From Spirochaetales bacterium (GTDB lineage Bacteria > Spirochaetota > Spirochaetia > SZUA-6 > JAFGRV01): DNA of 64,000 bases. This document shows positions 17,890 through 27,310 of the stretch, piece by piece. The stretch covers positions 15,118-79,117 of the forward strand of contig JAFGWI010000056.1 of the NCBI GenBank assembly GCA_016937215.1. Direction: 5' to 3'. The translations under genes were made by a program, and so were the position numbers. The stretch's first letter is position 1. Each line of letters opens with the position of its first letter. A model generated the notes under the pieces. That model saw nothing but the letters and a program-made list of their open reading frames with translations, was not told the DNA's origin and did not search any database.

Positions 17890-19053
17890 CTATTTTTTGT
17901 TCTTGTTTTTCATAAGATTTGCAAAAGGATTATAGGTATCTGATTCCTGGTCCATATATTGCTGATAGTCTGTGTTGTCTTCATTTGGGGCAACGCTTTT
18001 CAGTGAAATCCTCTTGTTTGCCTTGTCGATATCGCTGATCAAAACAGTCAGTGTTTCTCCTTTTTTTATCAAATTCTGAGGATTAGTGGTTTTTGAATTT
18101 CCCTGAAGTTCGGAAACATGGAGAAGGCCATCCAGGCCCGGCTCCAGAGAGATAAAGGCCCCGTAATTAGTGACCTTGACCACTGTTCCTTTATACATGG
18201 AACCGATTTTATAATTCATTTGAACATGATCCCAGGGATCATCCAATAGGGCTTTCATGCTGAGGGTGATTCGATTTGTTTTCCAATCGATTTTAATTAT
18301 TTTTACTTCAATTGCTTCGCCGATAGATAAAATCGCGGTGATATCATTTATTCGGTCCCGGCTGATTTCTGAAATAGGCAGGAGGCCCTGAATACCTCCC
18401 AAATCAATAAATGCGCCAAAATCCTGAATGGAGGTAACAGTTCCCTTGATGTCCATATTTTCCTTCAAGATTTTTTTCAGGCTATCGATTTGTTTGTTTC
18501 TTTCTTCCTCCATTATGGCTTTATTGGAAACAAGAATGTTGCGGCCCCTTTCTTTGTATTCGATTATCCTGAAAACCAGATTTTGTCCAATATAGGATTC
18601 CGGATTATCAATACGCCTTGATCCCATTAGAGAAAAGGGGCAGAAAGCCTGTGAATTACCGATTTTAATTGAAAAACCGCCTTTGATCTCCTTTTCGACC
18701 ATGCCTTCCACAGGAATCTGGTTTTCAAAGGCCATTTCCAGATCGGATTTTCCGGCTTTATCACCGCTTAATTTGGTGGTAAAACGCATTTCTCCATTTT
18801 TGGAATGCTGAAAAAAGGCTTGTATAATATCACCTTCTTTCACAGTGAGTTTTCCTTCTTTGTTTATCAGTTCTTCTTTATCAAGTACACCTTCACTTTT
18901 ACCGCTTAATTGAAGGAAAATATATTCGTTTGATATTGAAACAATTTCTGCCTTAATCGCTTGTCCGGGTTCAAATTTTTTAATATCTGTGAAGCTTTTT
19001 TCCAAAAGTTGTTCAAAATTTTCATTATTGTCTTCTGTGCTCATTATTTGCAT
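17890..19053 (-). CDS. S1 RNA-binding domain protein (four S1 repeats; ribosomal protein S1-like)
   Basis: 387 aa with repeated S1 motifs (GQAIKAEIVSISNEYIFLQL, VEGMVEKEIKGGFSIKI, IKGTVTSIQDFGAFIDLGG, YKGTVVKVTNYGAFISLEPGLDGLLHVSEL). Confidence 0.85.
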   Translation of the reverse strand: MQIMSTEDNNENFEQLLEKSFTDIKKFEPGQAIKAEIVSISNEYIFLQLSGKSEGVLDKEELINKEGKLTVKEGDIIQAFFQHSKNGEMRFTTKLSGDKAGKSDLEMAFENQIPVEGMVEKEIKGGFSIKIGNSQAFCPFSLMGSRRIDNPESYIGQNLVFRIIEYKERGRNILVSNKAIMEEERNKQIDSLKKILKENMDIKGTVTSIQDFGAFIDLGGIQGLLPISEISRDRINDITAILSIGEAIEVKIIKIDWKTNRITLSMKALLDDPWDHVQMNYKIGSMYKGTVVKVTNYGAFISLEPGLDGLLHVSELQGNSKTTNPQNLIKKGETLTVLISDIDKANKRISLKSVAPNEDNTDYQQYMDQESDTYNPFANLMKNKNKK

Positions 19054-19197
19054 TCTCCCATTGTATATGTTACCATGTAAACTGCTTCATAATATAGAAG
19101 AAAGAAAAAAGAATAAACAGTTTTTTTACATTTTTATTCGCGGGATCTATTGTATTCACCAACTAAAAGTGTTAGAACCATTCTTGGGGATAGGGCT

Positions 19198-20703
19198 ATG
19201 GATAAAACACAAATTGAGCAATGCATCAAGGTTCTCGCTTATTTACTGGACAATAATGAAGCCTTTATGGCTTTACCAAAAGAACAGCAAATTGAATTGA
19301 TGAAATTATCAGGGCAATTATCAAAGCCCGATTATTTACAATTAAAGCAGCGCAGAAAAGCTGCCCGAAAAATGAACCGACAGCAAATTGTGGCCAAGGA
19401 AAAAAAAGCCAGAGCAGCTACAGGAATACGACTCGCTCGCGAGGAATCTGTATTTGAAGCTCCCTTAAAACTTGAAAATAAAAGTGAATCCATTTCTCTT
19501 CATCTGAAGCTTGAGTCGCCGCGAAATTGTTATGTGTGTAAAAAGGAGTTTTTAACGCTCCATTTTTTTTATGATACCATGTGTCCTGAATGTGCTGAGT
19601 TGAATTATGAAAAACGCTTTCAGACCGCGGATCTCACGGGTCAGGTGGCGTTGATTACAGGTTCCCGTTTGAAAATCGGCTATCAAGCAACCTTGCTTTT
19701 GCTTCGTTCAGGCGCGGCAGTTATTGCCACAACCCGCTTTCCTGTGGATTCGGCTTTGCGTTACGCCAAAGAAAAGGACTATGAAACCTGGAAACACCGG
19801 CTTCATATTTATGGCCTGGATCTCCGCCATATTCCAAGTGTGGAATTATTCTGCCGTTATATTCAACAAAGCTTTCCCCGGTTGGATATCCTTATCAATA
19901 ATGCCGCCCAGACCGTGAGGCGGCCCCCAGGTTTTTATGCCCATTTGATGGAAAATGAAGCTTTGTCATTGTCCGGGCTGCCGGAAAATGCCCGACTGTT
20001 GCTGATGCAATATGAATCCTGTCTCGGCCACTTGAATATCTCCATGAAAATTGATTCCTCTCTTCCGGTTTCGTGGAATGAAAAATTACCAGCCATTGGT
20101 TTACGGGAGCCGGCCAGGCTTTCACAAATCCCCTATGCCCATGATAATTCACAGCCCGACAAGGTCTTTCCAAAGGGCAAACTCGATGTGGATTTGCAGC
20201 AGATTGACTTAAGAACAAGCAATAGCTGGCGGCTCAAGCTTGGCGAAATCCAGACAAGCGAGATGCTCGAGATTCAGCTGGTGAATGTTGTGGCTCCCTT
20301 TGTGCTGTGCAATGATTTGACCCCCATGATGAAAAGGGAAAACACAGGTTGCAAGCATATTGTTAATGTGTCTGCCATGGAAGGCAAATTCTTCCGTTTT
20401 AAAAAGGGTGAACGCCATCCTCACACCAACATGGCCAAGGCTGCTCTTAACATGCTGACTCATACCTCCGCGAGTGAACTGGCCAAGCATGGTATTTATA
20501 TGAATGCCGTTGATACGGGCTGGGTGACCGATGAGGATCCGGCTCAGCTTTCGCAGTTAAAAAAGGACTTGCACGATTTTCAACCGCCTCTGGATATTGT
20601 TGATGGAGCCGCTCGGGTTTGCGATCCGATTTTTCATGGAATCAATACCGGCCAACATTGGTGCGGGAAATTTTTAAAGGATTATTTTCCGATAGATTGG
20701 TGA
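19198..20703 (+). CDS. SDR-family oxidoreductase with N-terminal extension containing a CxxC...CxxC zinc ribbon
   Basis: The track start 19150 is TTG; ATG 19198 (MDKTQIEQ) is preferred. CYVCKKEF...CPECAEL, then [30 protein letters not shown] (NAD(P)-binding) and NNAAQT. Confidence 0.7.
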   Translation: MDKTQIEQCIKVLAYLLDNNEAFMALPKEQQIELMKLSGQLSKPDYLQLKQRRKAARKMNRQQIVAKEKKARAATGIRLAREESVFEAPLKLENKSESISLHLKLESPRNCYVCKKEFLTLHFFYDTMCPECAELNYEKRFQTADLTGQVALITGSRLKIGYQATLLLLRSGAAVIATTRFPVDSALRYAKEKDYETWKHRLHIYGLDLRHIPSVELFCRYIQQSFPRLDILINNAAQTVRRPPGFYAHLMENEALSLSGLPENARLLLMQYESCLGHLNISMKIDSSLPVSWNEKLPAIGLREPARLSQIPYAHDNSQPDKVFPKGKLDVDLQQIDLRTSNSWRLKLGEIQTSEMLEIQLVNVVAPFVLCNDLTPMMKRENTGCKHIVNVSAMEGKFFRFKKGERHPHTNMAKAALNMLTHTSASELAKHGIYMNAVDTGWVTDEDPAQLSQLKKDLHDFQPPLDIVDGAARVCDPIFHGINTGQHWCGKFLKDYFPIDW

Positions 20704-20856
20704 AGCGACTTTCCCGGAATAACCCCATGAGGGATGGTAATGGTGAAGCCCGGCAATTCCCGGTGATATACTTATTTTATTAAAACTTATTTCGGGAAAA
20801 AGAAGATTTAATTACTTGTGGTACCAGGAATTGACATTGCCAATACTGCAGGCGCC

Positions 20857-20947
20857 GCAATTTCCGGTAACTTTTAATTTTTTATGCGAAATTCAAAAAA
20901 TATAATTATCTTTATTATAATTAGATAAGGTTGTTACCGGAAATTGC
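20857..20947. repeat. 15-bp perfect inverted repeat enclosing a 61-nt AT-rich loop
   Basis: GCAATTTCCGGTAAC (20857-20871) is the exact reverse complement of 20933-20947. It abuts the 3' end of family-1 copy G. Confidence 0.85.
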
Positions 20948-20952
20948 TGGGG

Positions 20953-21135
20953 TGAAGCCGGTTTTTTTTAAAAACCGGCTGAAAACCTTTTTTGGTCGAT
21001 GATTTCGCCCAAAAAGGGGTCGAAGCGATAGCAGAGCCATGGACAGCCCGACTCTGCAGGGCTACTCGTGATGAGGTTTGACCCTATTGCTTTTCGGCCC
21101 TGCAGGGGCATGGCCAGAACTCTAAAAATCCTTTT
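20953..21135 (-). repeat. structured intergenic element, family 1, degenerate copy G
   Basis: Reverse complement gives stem CCCTGCAGGG...CCCTGCAGAG, then GTCGGGCTGTCCATGGCTCTGCTATCGCTTCGACC, hairpin CCTTTTTGGGCG-AAATCAT-CGACCAAAAAAGG, and hairpin AGCCGGTTTTTAAAAAAAACCGGCT. Both terminal blocks are degenerate. Confidence 0.45.
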
Positions 21136-21248
21136 TGTTAATTTTTTAACTCACCGAATCCTGTGTCTGTTGCTTGACTCTTGAGCCCTGCTATTTTAAA
21201 CTTTAAGCGAGGTACATAAGGGGACTGGCCGAATTTCGCGGCCGGGTC

Positions 21249-22229
21249 ATGGAAGGATGTATGGAAGATAAAATTGCCCTATTGAGGAAAGCCGAGCTTT
21301 TTTCACAACTCGGGGATGATGAACTCAGGACAATAGCGGAATACAGTGAATTTCGCGATTTTAAGGACAGCGAGGCGATTTTCAGAAAGGGGACCTTTGG
21401 TGAATCCCTTTTTATCGTGGATAAGGGCGAGGTGCGAATTATGTCGGCCGATGACAAGAACCGCGAAATTGCCCATTTTATTTCAGGTGAATTGATAGGC
21501 GATCTTGATTTGTTTGAAAACGCGCCGCGGCCTAACACTGCTTTGGCTGAAATGGATACGAGGCTGCTGGCTTTTCCGGCTCAGGGCGAAAACCTTTTGG
21601 AAATTCTGGAAAAGCACCCCACAATCAGCGCCCGGATTTTGCATAAATTAATCGCCACCCTTGCTGGTCGGATCCGGCTAACCAACAAATTGGTTTCGGA
21701 AAAAACCGAATGGGTCGAAAGTATCAGAAAGCAAATGCTTTATGACAAACTCACCGGCTTATTGAACCGAAATTACATTGAAGAGGATTTCCCACTTCAG
21801 CTCACGCGGCTGGGGCAGCAGACTTCGATTATTGTTGCCAAGCCAGACCAGTTCAAATACATCAACGATACCTATGGTCACAGCGCGGGGGATAAGTCTC
21901 TTCGCGCGATGGCTGACAATTTTAAATTCCATTTACCCGACAGTGCCATCGCCGTGCGTTACAGGGGGGACGAGTTTGTGGCTATTCTTCCGGACACGGA
22001 TCAGGAAAAAGCCGAGGCTCTTTGCGCCGAATTGCTGGAAGTGTTAAATGCTTTGGATTATTCCGCCTATATTCAAGGCGATAGCTTTAAAACAAGCTGG
22101 AGCCTGGGCCTGGCTGTTTTTCCGGTTCACGGTGACGGCGCTTTTGAAGTGGTAAAACTGGCTTTTGATGCCATGCTAAACATGAGGGGCCAGGGAGGGG
22201 GCGGTTTTCTACCGGCTGATAAATTATGA
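21249..22229 (+). CDS. cyclic-nucleotide-binding domain + GGDEF-family domain with variant active-site motif RGDEF
   Basis: 326 aa. cNMP-binding-like N-terminus (LFSQLGDDELRTIAEYSEFRDFKDSEAIFRKG...GELIGDLDLFENAPR). GGDEF fold (LTGLLNRNY...YGHSAGD) but the motif reads YRGDEF (AGG GGG GAC GAG TTT at 21963-21977). No RxxD I-site. Confidence 0.8.
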   Translation: MEGCMEDKIALLRKAELFSQLGDDELRTIAEYSEFRDFKDSEAIFRKGTFGESLFIVDKGEVRIMSADDKNREIAHFISGELIGDLDLFENAPRPNTALAEMDTRLLAFPAQGENLLEILEKHPTISARILHKLIATLAGRIRLTNKLVSEKTEWVESIRKQMLYDKLTGLLNRNYIEEDFPLQLTRLGQQTSIIVAKPDQFKYINDTYGHSAGDKSLRAMADNFKFHLPDSAIAVRYRGDEFVAILPDTDQEKAEALCAELLEVLNALDYSAYIQGDSFKTSWSLGLAVFPVHGDGAFEVVKLAFDAMLNMRGQGGGGFLPADKL

Positions 22230-23200
22230 ATAAATTGATTCCTTTTTTACGTAATATCAATGCTTTGGCATCTCTTAAAGATAATGAGCTGGAAATTTTT
22301 CTTGAGAAATTGGTCAGGGAGGATTTTGCTCAGGGAACCGATGTTTTTCATCAAGGCGATGAGGGTAAGGAATTATTTTTGATCATGAGTGGAAAAATCG
22401 GAAGCTATATTGATTTGCCGAATAAAAAACAGAAGGAGATTTGCGCCTTTACCTCGGGTAATTTTTTTGGCGAAATGGCTATTTTTGACAAAGCGCCCCG
22501 CTCAGCCACCTGCAAGGCTCTTGAGGATTCTTCGCTTTTGAAAATGAACGAGGATGATTTTTTCAGCCTCATGGAAGCCCATCCAGATATTTCCATCAAA
22601 ACCATGTATAAAATGCTCAATACCATCAGCCAAAGGTTGAGAAACACGGGCCAGTTTTTATCTGATATGGTGAGGTGGGGTAATGAAGCCAGTAAACGAG
22701 CGGTGACCGACGAGTTTACCGGTGTTTATAACCGTCGTTTTCTGGACACAGCCTTACAGAATTATTTTGAAGAGGCCGTAAATATAGAAAAACCCCTGAC
22801 TCTGGTGATGAGCGACCTTGATTTTTTCAGGGAAATAAACGAAGCCTATGGCCATGAAATGGGTGACCGTGTTCTTCTGGAAGCGGTCAAAGCCTACAAG
22901 CGTCACATACGAAAAAGCGACGTGATCGCCCGCTACGGTGGCGACGAGTTTGCCTTGATTTTTCCTGAAACCCCGGCAGAAGAGGCTGCTCTTATATCGG
23001 AACGCATTCGGGCCGATCTGGAAAAGCTCGATTTGTTTGATGGCCAAAAGGGGCCGGTCGCGAAGCTCACCACCAGTATGGGCTGCGCGGCTTATCCGCT
23101 TCACGCGGTTACCTTGGAGGACCTTCGTCATCGCGCGGATGAGGCTTTGTATCAGGCAAAAGAGGGGGGCAAAAATCGAGTGGCCATACTAAAAGTATAG
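22226..23200 (+). CDS. cyclic-nucleotide-binding domain + canonical GGDEF diguanylate cyclase
   Basis: 324 aa. FGEMAIFDKAPRSAT (cNMP-binding), FTGVYNRRF, and RKSDVIARYGGDEF (I-site plus A-site). The start overlaps the upstream stop (ATGA). Confidence 0.85.
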   Translation: MNKLIPFLRNINALASLKDNELEIFLEKLVREDFAQGTDVFHQGDEGKELFLIMSGKIGSYIDLPNKKQKEICAFTSGNFFGEMAIFDKAPRSATCKALEDSSLLKMNEDDFFSLMEAHPDISIKTMYKMLNTISQRLRNTGQFLSDMVRWGNEASKRAVTDEFTGVYNRRFLDTALQNYFEEAVNIEKPLTLVMSDLDFFREINEAYGHEMGDRVLLEAVKAYKRHIRKSDVIARYGGDEFALIFPETPAEEAALISERIRADLEKLDLFDGQKGPVAKLTTSMGCAAYPLHAVTLEDLRHRADEALYQAKEGGKNRVAILKV

Positions 23201-23234
23201 ACCGGGCTTTGGTTTTTGACTTTTTCAATGTACT

Positions 23235-23352
23235 CTGTTCCGCAACCCTAAACAGGCTTTAAGTTGCTCAAAACAAGCTTTTTACTCAAAATTAGGTGGG
23301 AATCAACTCTATTTTTGATAATTAAATGCTATTAACCTAGGTTGCGGGACAG
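23235..23352. repeat. imperfect ~17-bp inverted repeat enclosing an ~83-nt loop
   Basis: CTGTTCCGCAACCCTAA (from 23235) versus CCTAGGTTGCGGGACAG (23336-23352). The single stem mismatch is G-U compatible on the + strand. Confidence 0.6.
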
Positions 23353-23828
23353 TCTGAATTACATTAAACCATGGGAAATGAACATGAATAAAAATGATAA
23401 AGCTCTTACGGATAAAATCACTCAAACCCAGTTTTTCTTTGGCGATGCATCTTGATACAGACGAGGGCAATGCTTCAAAAAAAAACCGGCGATAAAGGTC
23501 TTATTATAGGCATTCAGGATCATGAATGATCTTTTTCTGTAAATCGTGTTATTTTGAATATTTGCTGGGCTTACTAAAAAATAATTTTGTAAACTCAGTG
23601 AATCGGTAAAAATGGATTTACAAAACCCCCACAACCAGAGCCTAAATAAGGCTAGGGCGAAAAATCATCAGAAGAAGTACAGCAAGGTCGATAAATTGTA
23701 CTGTTGCCTTATATTTGCGAGCATCAGTACCTTCAGCAAATAGCTCTATTTACTATTCTTATTCAGAACCATAAGCTGTCTCTGGATTATTATTGGGGGT
23801 ATGATATAAAGTTTTTGTTTAGATATCT

Positions 23829-23862
23829 AAAAAAAAGATGCAGAGGTTCTTTCCTCTGCATC
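23829..23862 (-). terminator. orphan rho-independent terminator on the minus strand inside a 1.2-kb ORF-poor region
   Basis: 10-bp stem GATGCAGAGG (23837-23846) / CCTCTGCATC (23853-23862) with a 6-nt loop. On the minus strand it is followed by T8 (A8 at 23829-23836). No credible minus-strand CDS lies upstream of it. Confidence 0.6.
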
Positions 23863-24389
23863 CCCAAAAATAAAGGAGGTCTTCAGGTTTGGGTAAAACC
23901 CTTACCGCAAAGATTACAAATTATAGGGCAGAAACACAATCTGCCTTGTAAAGCCGATAATAACTTACTAGTAGAAATCGGAAAAAGCAAGTTAAATATT
24001 CAATAAAATTTAAAATTCCTATAAATCGATTCCGCAAATTCAAGCTTGAAAAAGAAGGCATTATTTTCCATAAGTGGGGATTGCAAATTAAAATTCCCTG
24101 ATAAATTCATGGTTTTTTCAGTGTAAAGAGTCAATTTTTAAACTATAATTCCCACTTTCTGCCCCCGAATTCAAGCACTAAAAGCAAAACGCTGGATCAA
24201 GCGAATCATTTGCTGCTTTGGCCTCAAATTAGAAGAAATGCCCCATAAATTGCAAGTGACTATTGAAAATTCAGCTAGTATATTTAAACTAGACAAGATG
24301 GGCAGATGTTTTCTTGCGGGCAAAACCCTTTTAAGGAATCTGCATTTTTCTGGCGTGTTTAAAAAAACGCCGCAAAGCCGGAGGTAAGA

Positions 24390-25382
24390 ATGAACCGTTT
24401 TTTACTTTATTTGATTATTTTATCGGGAATAGGGGCACTTTTGTCATGTGACTCAAGCTGGAACGAACCCATTAGCATCAAGGGTAATCTTTTTTTTGAA
24501 ACAAACACAAGTTCAAGCGGACCCCTTAGTGTGGGTGTTGTTGATGAAGATATTTTCAAGGCCACGAGTCAGGATTATAGCTGGACCCAAGCCTTTTCCG
24601 GATCTTATCAACAGATAGATCCTGAAGAAGAATTTTACGAATTCAATAAAGTTCCTCCCGGCGACTACATGATCATCGCTTTTATTGATTCCAATGATAA
24701 TGGCCGTCTGGACTTTGATATGGCTTCCAACACCTTTGAGGCCTTTGGCTGTTATCCTGAAAATCTGGAGCTATATCATTTTGATTTTCCTGTTTATAGC
24801 GCTTCGATCATTATCAGTGACAATGGCTTAGGTTTTGAGTATTTTGATGACCCATATGATGACGCATCTAGCTATTATGGTTCTCAACCTGTAAACGAAA
24901 TCAAAGGTATTTATTATAACAGTGACCAGAGCCTTTTGACACTGATCATAGTTTTTGAAAATTATCTCAAAGCCCCCACTGGCGGCTATGGTGACGAAGA
25001 CTTTCGAGGCTATTTGCATTTGAATACCTATACCTCGCCATCCTATCCCTATCCTTTTGATTATTATGATCCCCCCCGAATCTCATACTACATGAATTAT
25101 GATCATTTAATCGATTTCAGCACCTATTATGATGCCAATAAATCAGTGAATCTGGAAAATAATTCCGGCTCTCCCGCCACCCTGGTTTATTGCGAATTCA
25201 AAGACAATAGAATTACTTTGATTATTCCGCTGATTAATCTGGGAAATCCTGGCTCTTATATTGAAATGGGTGTGATTGTCAGCAATGTTTTTGATTTGAA
25301 TTACAACGGTGATCCGCCTATTCCTCATTATCAGGATGCCGCGGGACAATGGTCCATTAACCTGAATAGCGCTTACCCATAA
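24390..25382 (+). CDS. hypothetical lipoprotein (N-terminal region DUF2141-like)
   Basis: 330 aa. Lipobox GALLSCDS. PPGDYMIIAFIDSNDNGRLDFD resembles DUF2141. The remainder is unassigned. Confidence 0.6.
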   Translation: MNRFLLYLIILSGIGALLSCDSSWNEPISIKGNLFFETNTSSSGPLSVGVVDEDIFKATSQDYSWTQAFSGSYQQIDPEEEFYEFNKVPPGDYMIIAFIDSNDNGRLDFDMASNTFEAFGCYPENLELYHFDFPVYSASIIISDNGLGFEYFDDPYDDASSYYGSQPVNEIKGIYYNSDQSLLTLIIVFENYLKAPTGGYGDEDFRGYLHLNTYTSPSYPYPFDYYDPPRISYYMNYDHLIDFSTYYDANKSVNLENNSGSPATLVYCEFKDNRITLIIPLINLGNPGSYIEMGVIVSNVFDLNYNGDPPIPHYQDAAGQWSINLNSAYP

Positions 25383-25408
25383 TACTTGATAACTTGTATC
25401 TGTTGAGC

Positions 25409-25433
25409 CCTGCCTGTTTTGGCAGGTTTTTTT
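25409..25433 (+). terminator. rho-independent terminator of the lipoprotein gene
   Basis: CCTGCC-TGTTTT-GGCAGG followed by T7. The T-run is shared with the 5' end of family-1 copy D. Confidence 0.65.
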
Positions 25434-25631
25434 GGGCGTTGCCCGGGGGAGAGTATCAATGGCAGCGCAGCTTTTAAAACGTAACCTTGGCCGCAAATCC
25501 AGCTTCCCCGGGCCGGGCCCGTCAGGGCTCCGCTTTGCTTCGACCCCAGGGCCGGCGGAAAAATCGCCGGCCCTGGGTTGGCAGCACCAATTTTGAAAAA
25601 TTGGTGCTGCCCCCTTGTGGTCCCTAACGCG
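25427..25631 (+). repeat. structured intergenic element, family 1, copy D
   Basis: TTTTTTTGGGCGTTGCCCGGGGGA...~70 nt...TTCCCCGGGCCGGGCCCGTCAGGGCTCCGCTTTGCTTCGACC, hairpin CAGGGCCGGCGG-AAAAAT-CGCCGGCCCTG, hairpin CAGCACCAATTTTGAAAAATTGGTGCTG, then GGTCCCTAACGCG. Confidence 0.75.
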
Positions 25632-25992
25632 ATGATCAACCTCTTGTTTTTTTTCCAGAGCAAGAAAGGCATTTTTAAAATCAGCAAGAATCCTAACATC
25701 ATTAAAAATCAAGGAAGCTTTTTTTCCCGGGCAAGAATATAAAGACACAAACCCAATTTTTTTGTCAAATTTTGACCATCAAGGGCCATATATTCAAAAG
25801 GATTGCCTTTATAGGGCTTTTGTACTAAGAGAGATATACCATTAGCCTTCGGATGATTCAATAAAACCTTCAGCTTTGTTAGTTTTTCCTAAAAAAGACA
25901 GTGCTCAAGAAAAATCGATTTTAATCTTTACAAGTTTAAAGAAGCAGGCCATAATATATATAAATCCAATAAATTTTTAGAGTGAGTAATTG

Positions 25993-27126
25993 ATGTCTTG
26001 GCAAAAAAAAATCATGGCCTTTTTACCTCTGGGCTTATTATTCATCCCTTTATTTTTATTGATTCCTTTGTTTCAGGATATAAATCACTTGGAATTCTTT
26101 ATTTTTCCCACTGGGCAGCAGGTTGCTGATATTGATCCTGTAACCGATGCCGATGTTTGGAAGGGGAATTCGACCATCGATGAATATAGAGTCACAGGCA
26201 ATCAAATAAAGATGGTTTATACCCTGCGCGAAAGCGAATATGAATTTCCCAATGTTTTTTTAATATTCTGGCTCGATAACATTAGCGAGTATTGTGATTT
26301 ATCAAGCTATCAGTATCTGGATTTGAAATTAAGTGAAATGCCTGTTAATCAACGAATGAATATTTTTATCAAATGTTTTCAGCAAGGAATATCCAGTCCT
26401 GGGCGGGAAAACGCTGAATCCCTTCGCCATCTGGAAAAATCCTTTGTGTTGTCTCATTTAAATACAAGCTACCGTTTCAGAATAGATGAATTTGAAACAC
26501 CTGAATGGTGGTATACGCGATATTCCGGCGCTCTTCCCTATGTCGGAAGAGAGAGCCTAAAAATGGTAAAATCCATAGATATGGTCATGATCCACACCTC
26601 CTCCAATGCTCTGGTCGAAGAACCTCGCTCCATAATTTTTGATGAAATCAAACTTAGCCGGTCAATAAAAGTAGAAAGCTATATCATTATTGTCTTTCTG
26701 GTCCTTTTTTACGGTTTTTCTCTTCCGCTTTATGTTTTGTATTTAAGAAAAAAAAGTGTGAAGAAACTTAAACCGCAGCATGTTGATTATGTAAACCACA
26801 GGGACGCGGAAATGAACCGTATTAAGCAGTACATTCAGGCCAACTATCACGATTCCAATATTTCAACCAAAAAAATGCAGGATTTTCTCGGAATCCCCTC
26901 TTCACGGATTTTCAATTTGATCAAGGAAAAATATGATTGTTCCTTTAAGCAATTAATACATGATATCAGAATTGAAGAATCCAAGCGTTTGATTCTGGAA
27001 TCGGATCTGAGGATTACTGAAATCAGCTATAAAGTCGGCTTTAATGATACATCCTATTTTAACAAGGTATTTAAAAAATCAGTAGGGCTTTCCCCCAGCG
27101 AATACCGCGATAAAAAGTCTTCATAA
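25993..27126 (+). CDS. membrane-anchored AraC-family regulator (paralog of 7334-8461)
   Basis: Same layout: TM (IMAFLPLGLLFIPLFLLIPLF), ~200-aa outside domain, TM (YIIIVFLVLFYGFSLPLYVLYL), AraC HTH (ISTKKMQDFLGIPSSRIFNLIKEKYDCSFKQLIHDIRIEESKRLI...GFNDTSYFNKVFKKSVGLSPSEYR). Confidence 0.8.
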   Translation: MSWQKKIMAFLPLGLLFIPLFLLIPLFQDINHLEFFIFPTGQQVADIDPVTDADVWKGNSTIDEYRVTGNQIKMVYTLRESEYEFPNVFLIFWLDNISEYCDLSSYQYLDLKLSEMPVNQRMNIFIKCFQQGISSPGRENAESLRHLEKSFVLSHLNTSYRFRIDEFETPEWWYTRYSGALPYVGRESLKMVKSIDMVMIHTSSNALVEEPRSIIFDEIKLSRSIKVESYIIIVFLVLFYGFSLPLYVLYLRKKSVKKLKPQHVDYVNHRDAEMNRIKQYIQANYHDSNISTKKMQDFLGIPSSRIFNLIKEKYDCSFKQLIHDIRIEESKRLILESDLRITEISYKVGFNDTSYFNKVFKKSVGLSPSEYRDKKSS

Positions 27127-27310
27127 GGGTTTTAGGGCTTAATCATTCTTAAAAGCTCATGGATTAACAACTCGTCAATGAGAGGAATAGACCTTTTGTT
27201 TCGATTTCGACTTGGGAACCAGAGGAAGGCGCGCTTTGTATCTGAAAGCGCGCTCTGCTCTGGAAGCAGGGTATCTTCATTGCTTTCTCGGGAATAGAAA
27301 TAGAATCTTT

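Noticed and set aside
23422-24006. ORFs 23422..23634(-) and 23704..24006(+) in the 1.2-kb gap
   Set aside because: Neither has an RBS, the composition is odd, and there is no domain resemblance. The + ORF runs through the minus-strand terminator hairpin. Both are treated as non-coding.
24300-24389. c-di-GMP-I (GEMM-I) riboswitch-like motifs GCGGGCAAAACCC and ACGCCGCAAAGCCGGAGG just upstream of the lipoprotein gene, in a c-di-GMP-rich neighbourhood
   Set aside because: The spacing between the two motifs (~43 nt) does not form the P1b hairpin with a GNRA loop. The second motif runs straight into the RBS and ATG, so the whole P2 half of the aptamer is missing. An Infernal scan with RF01051 would settle it.
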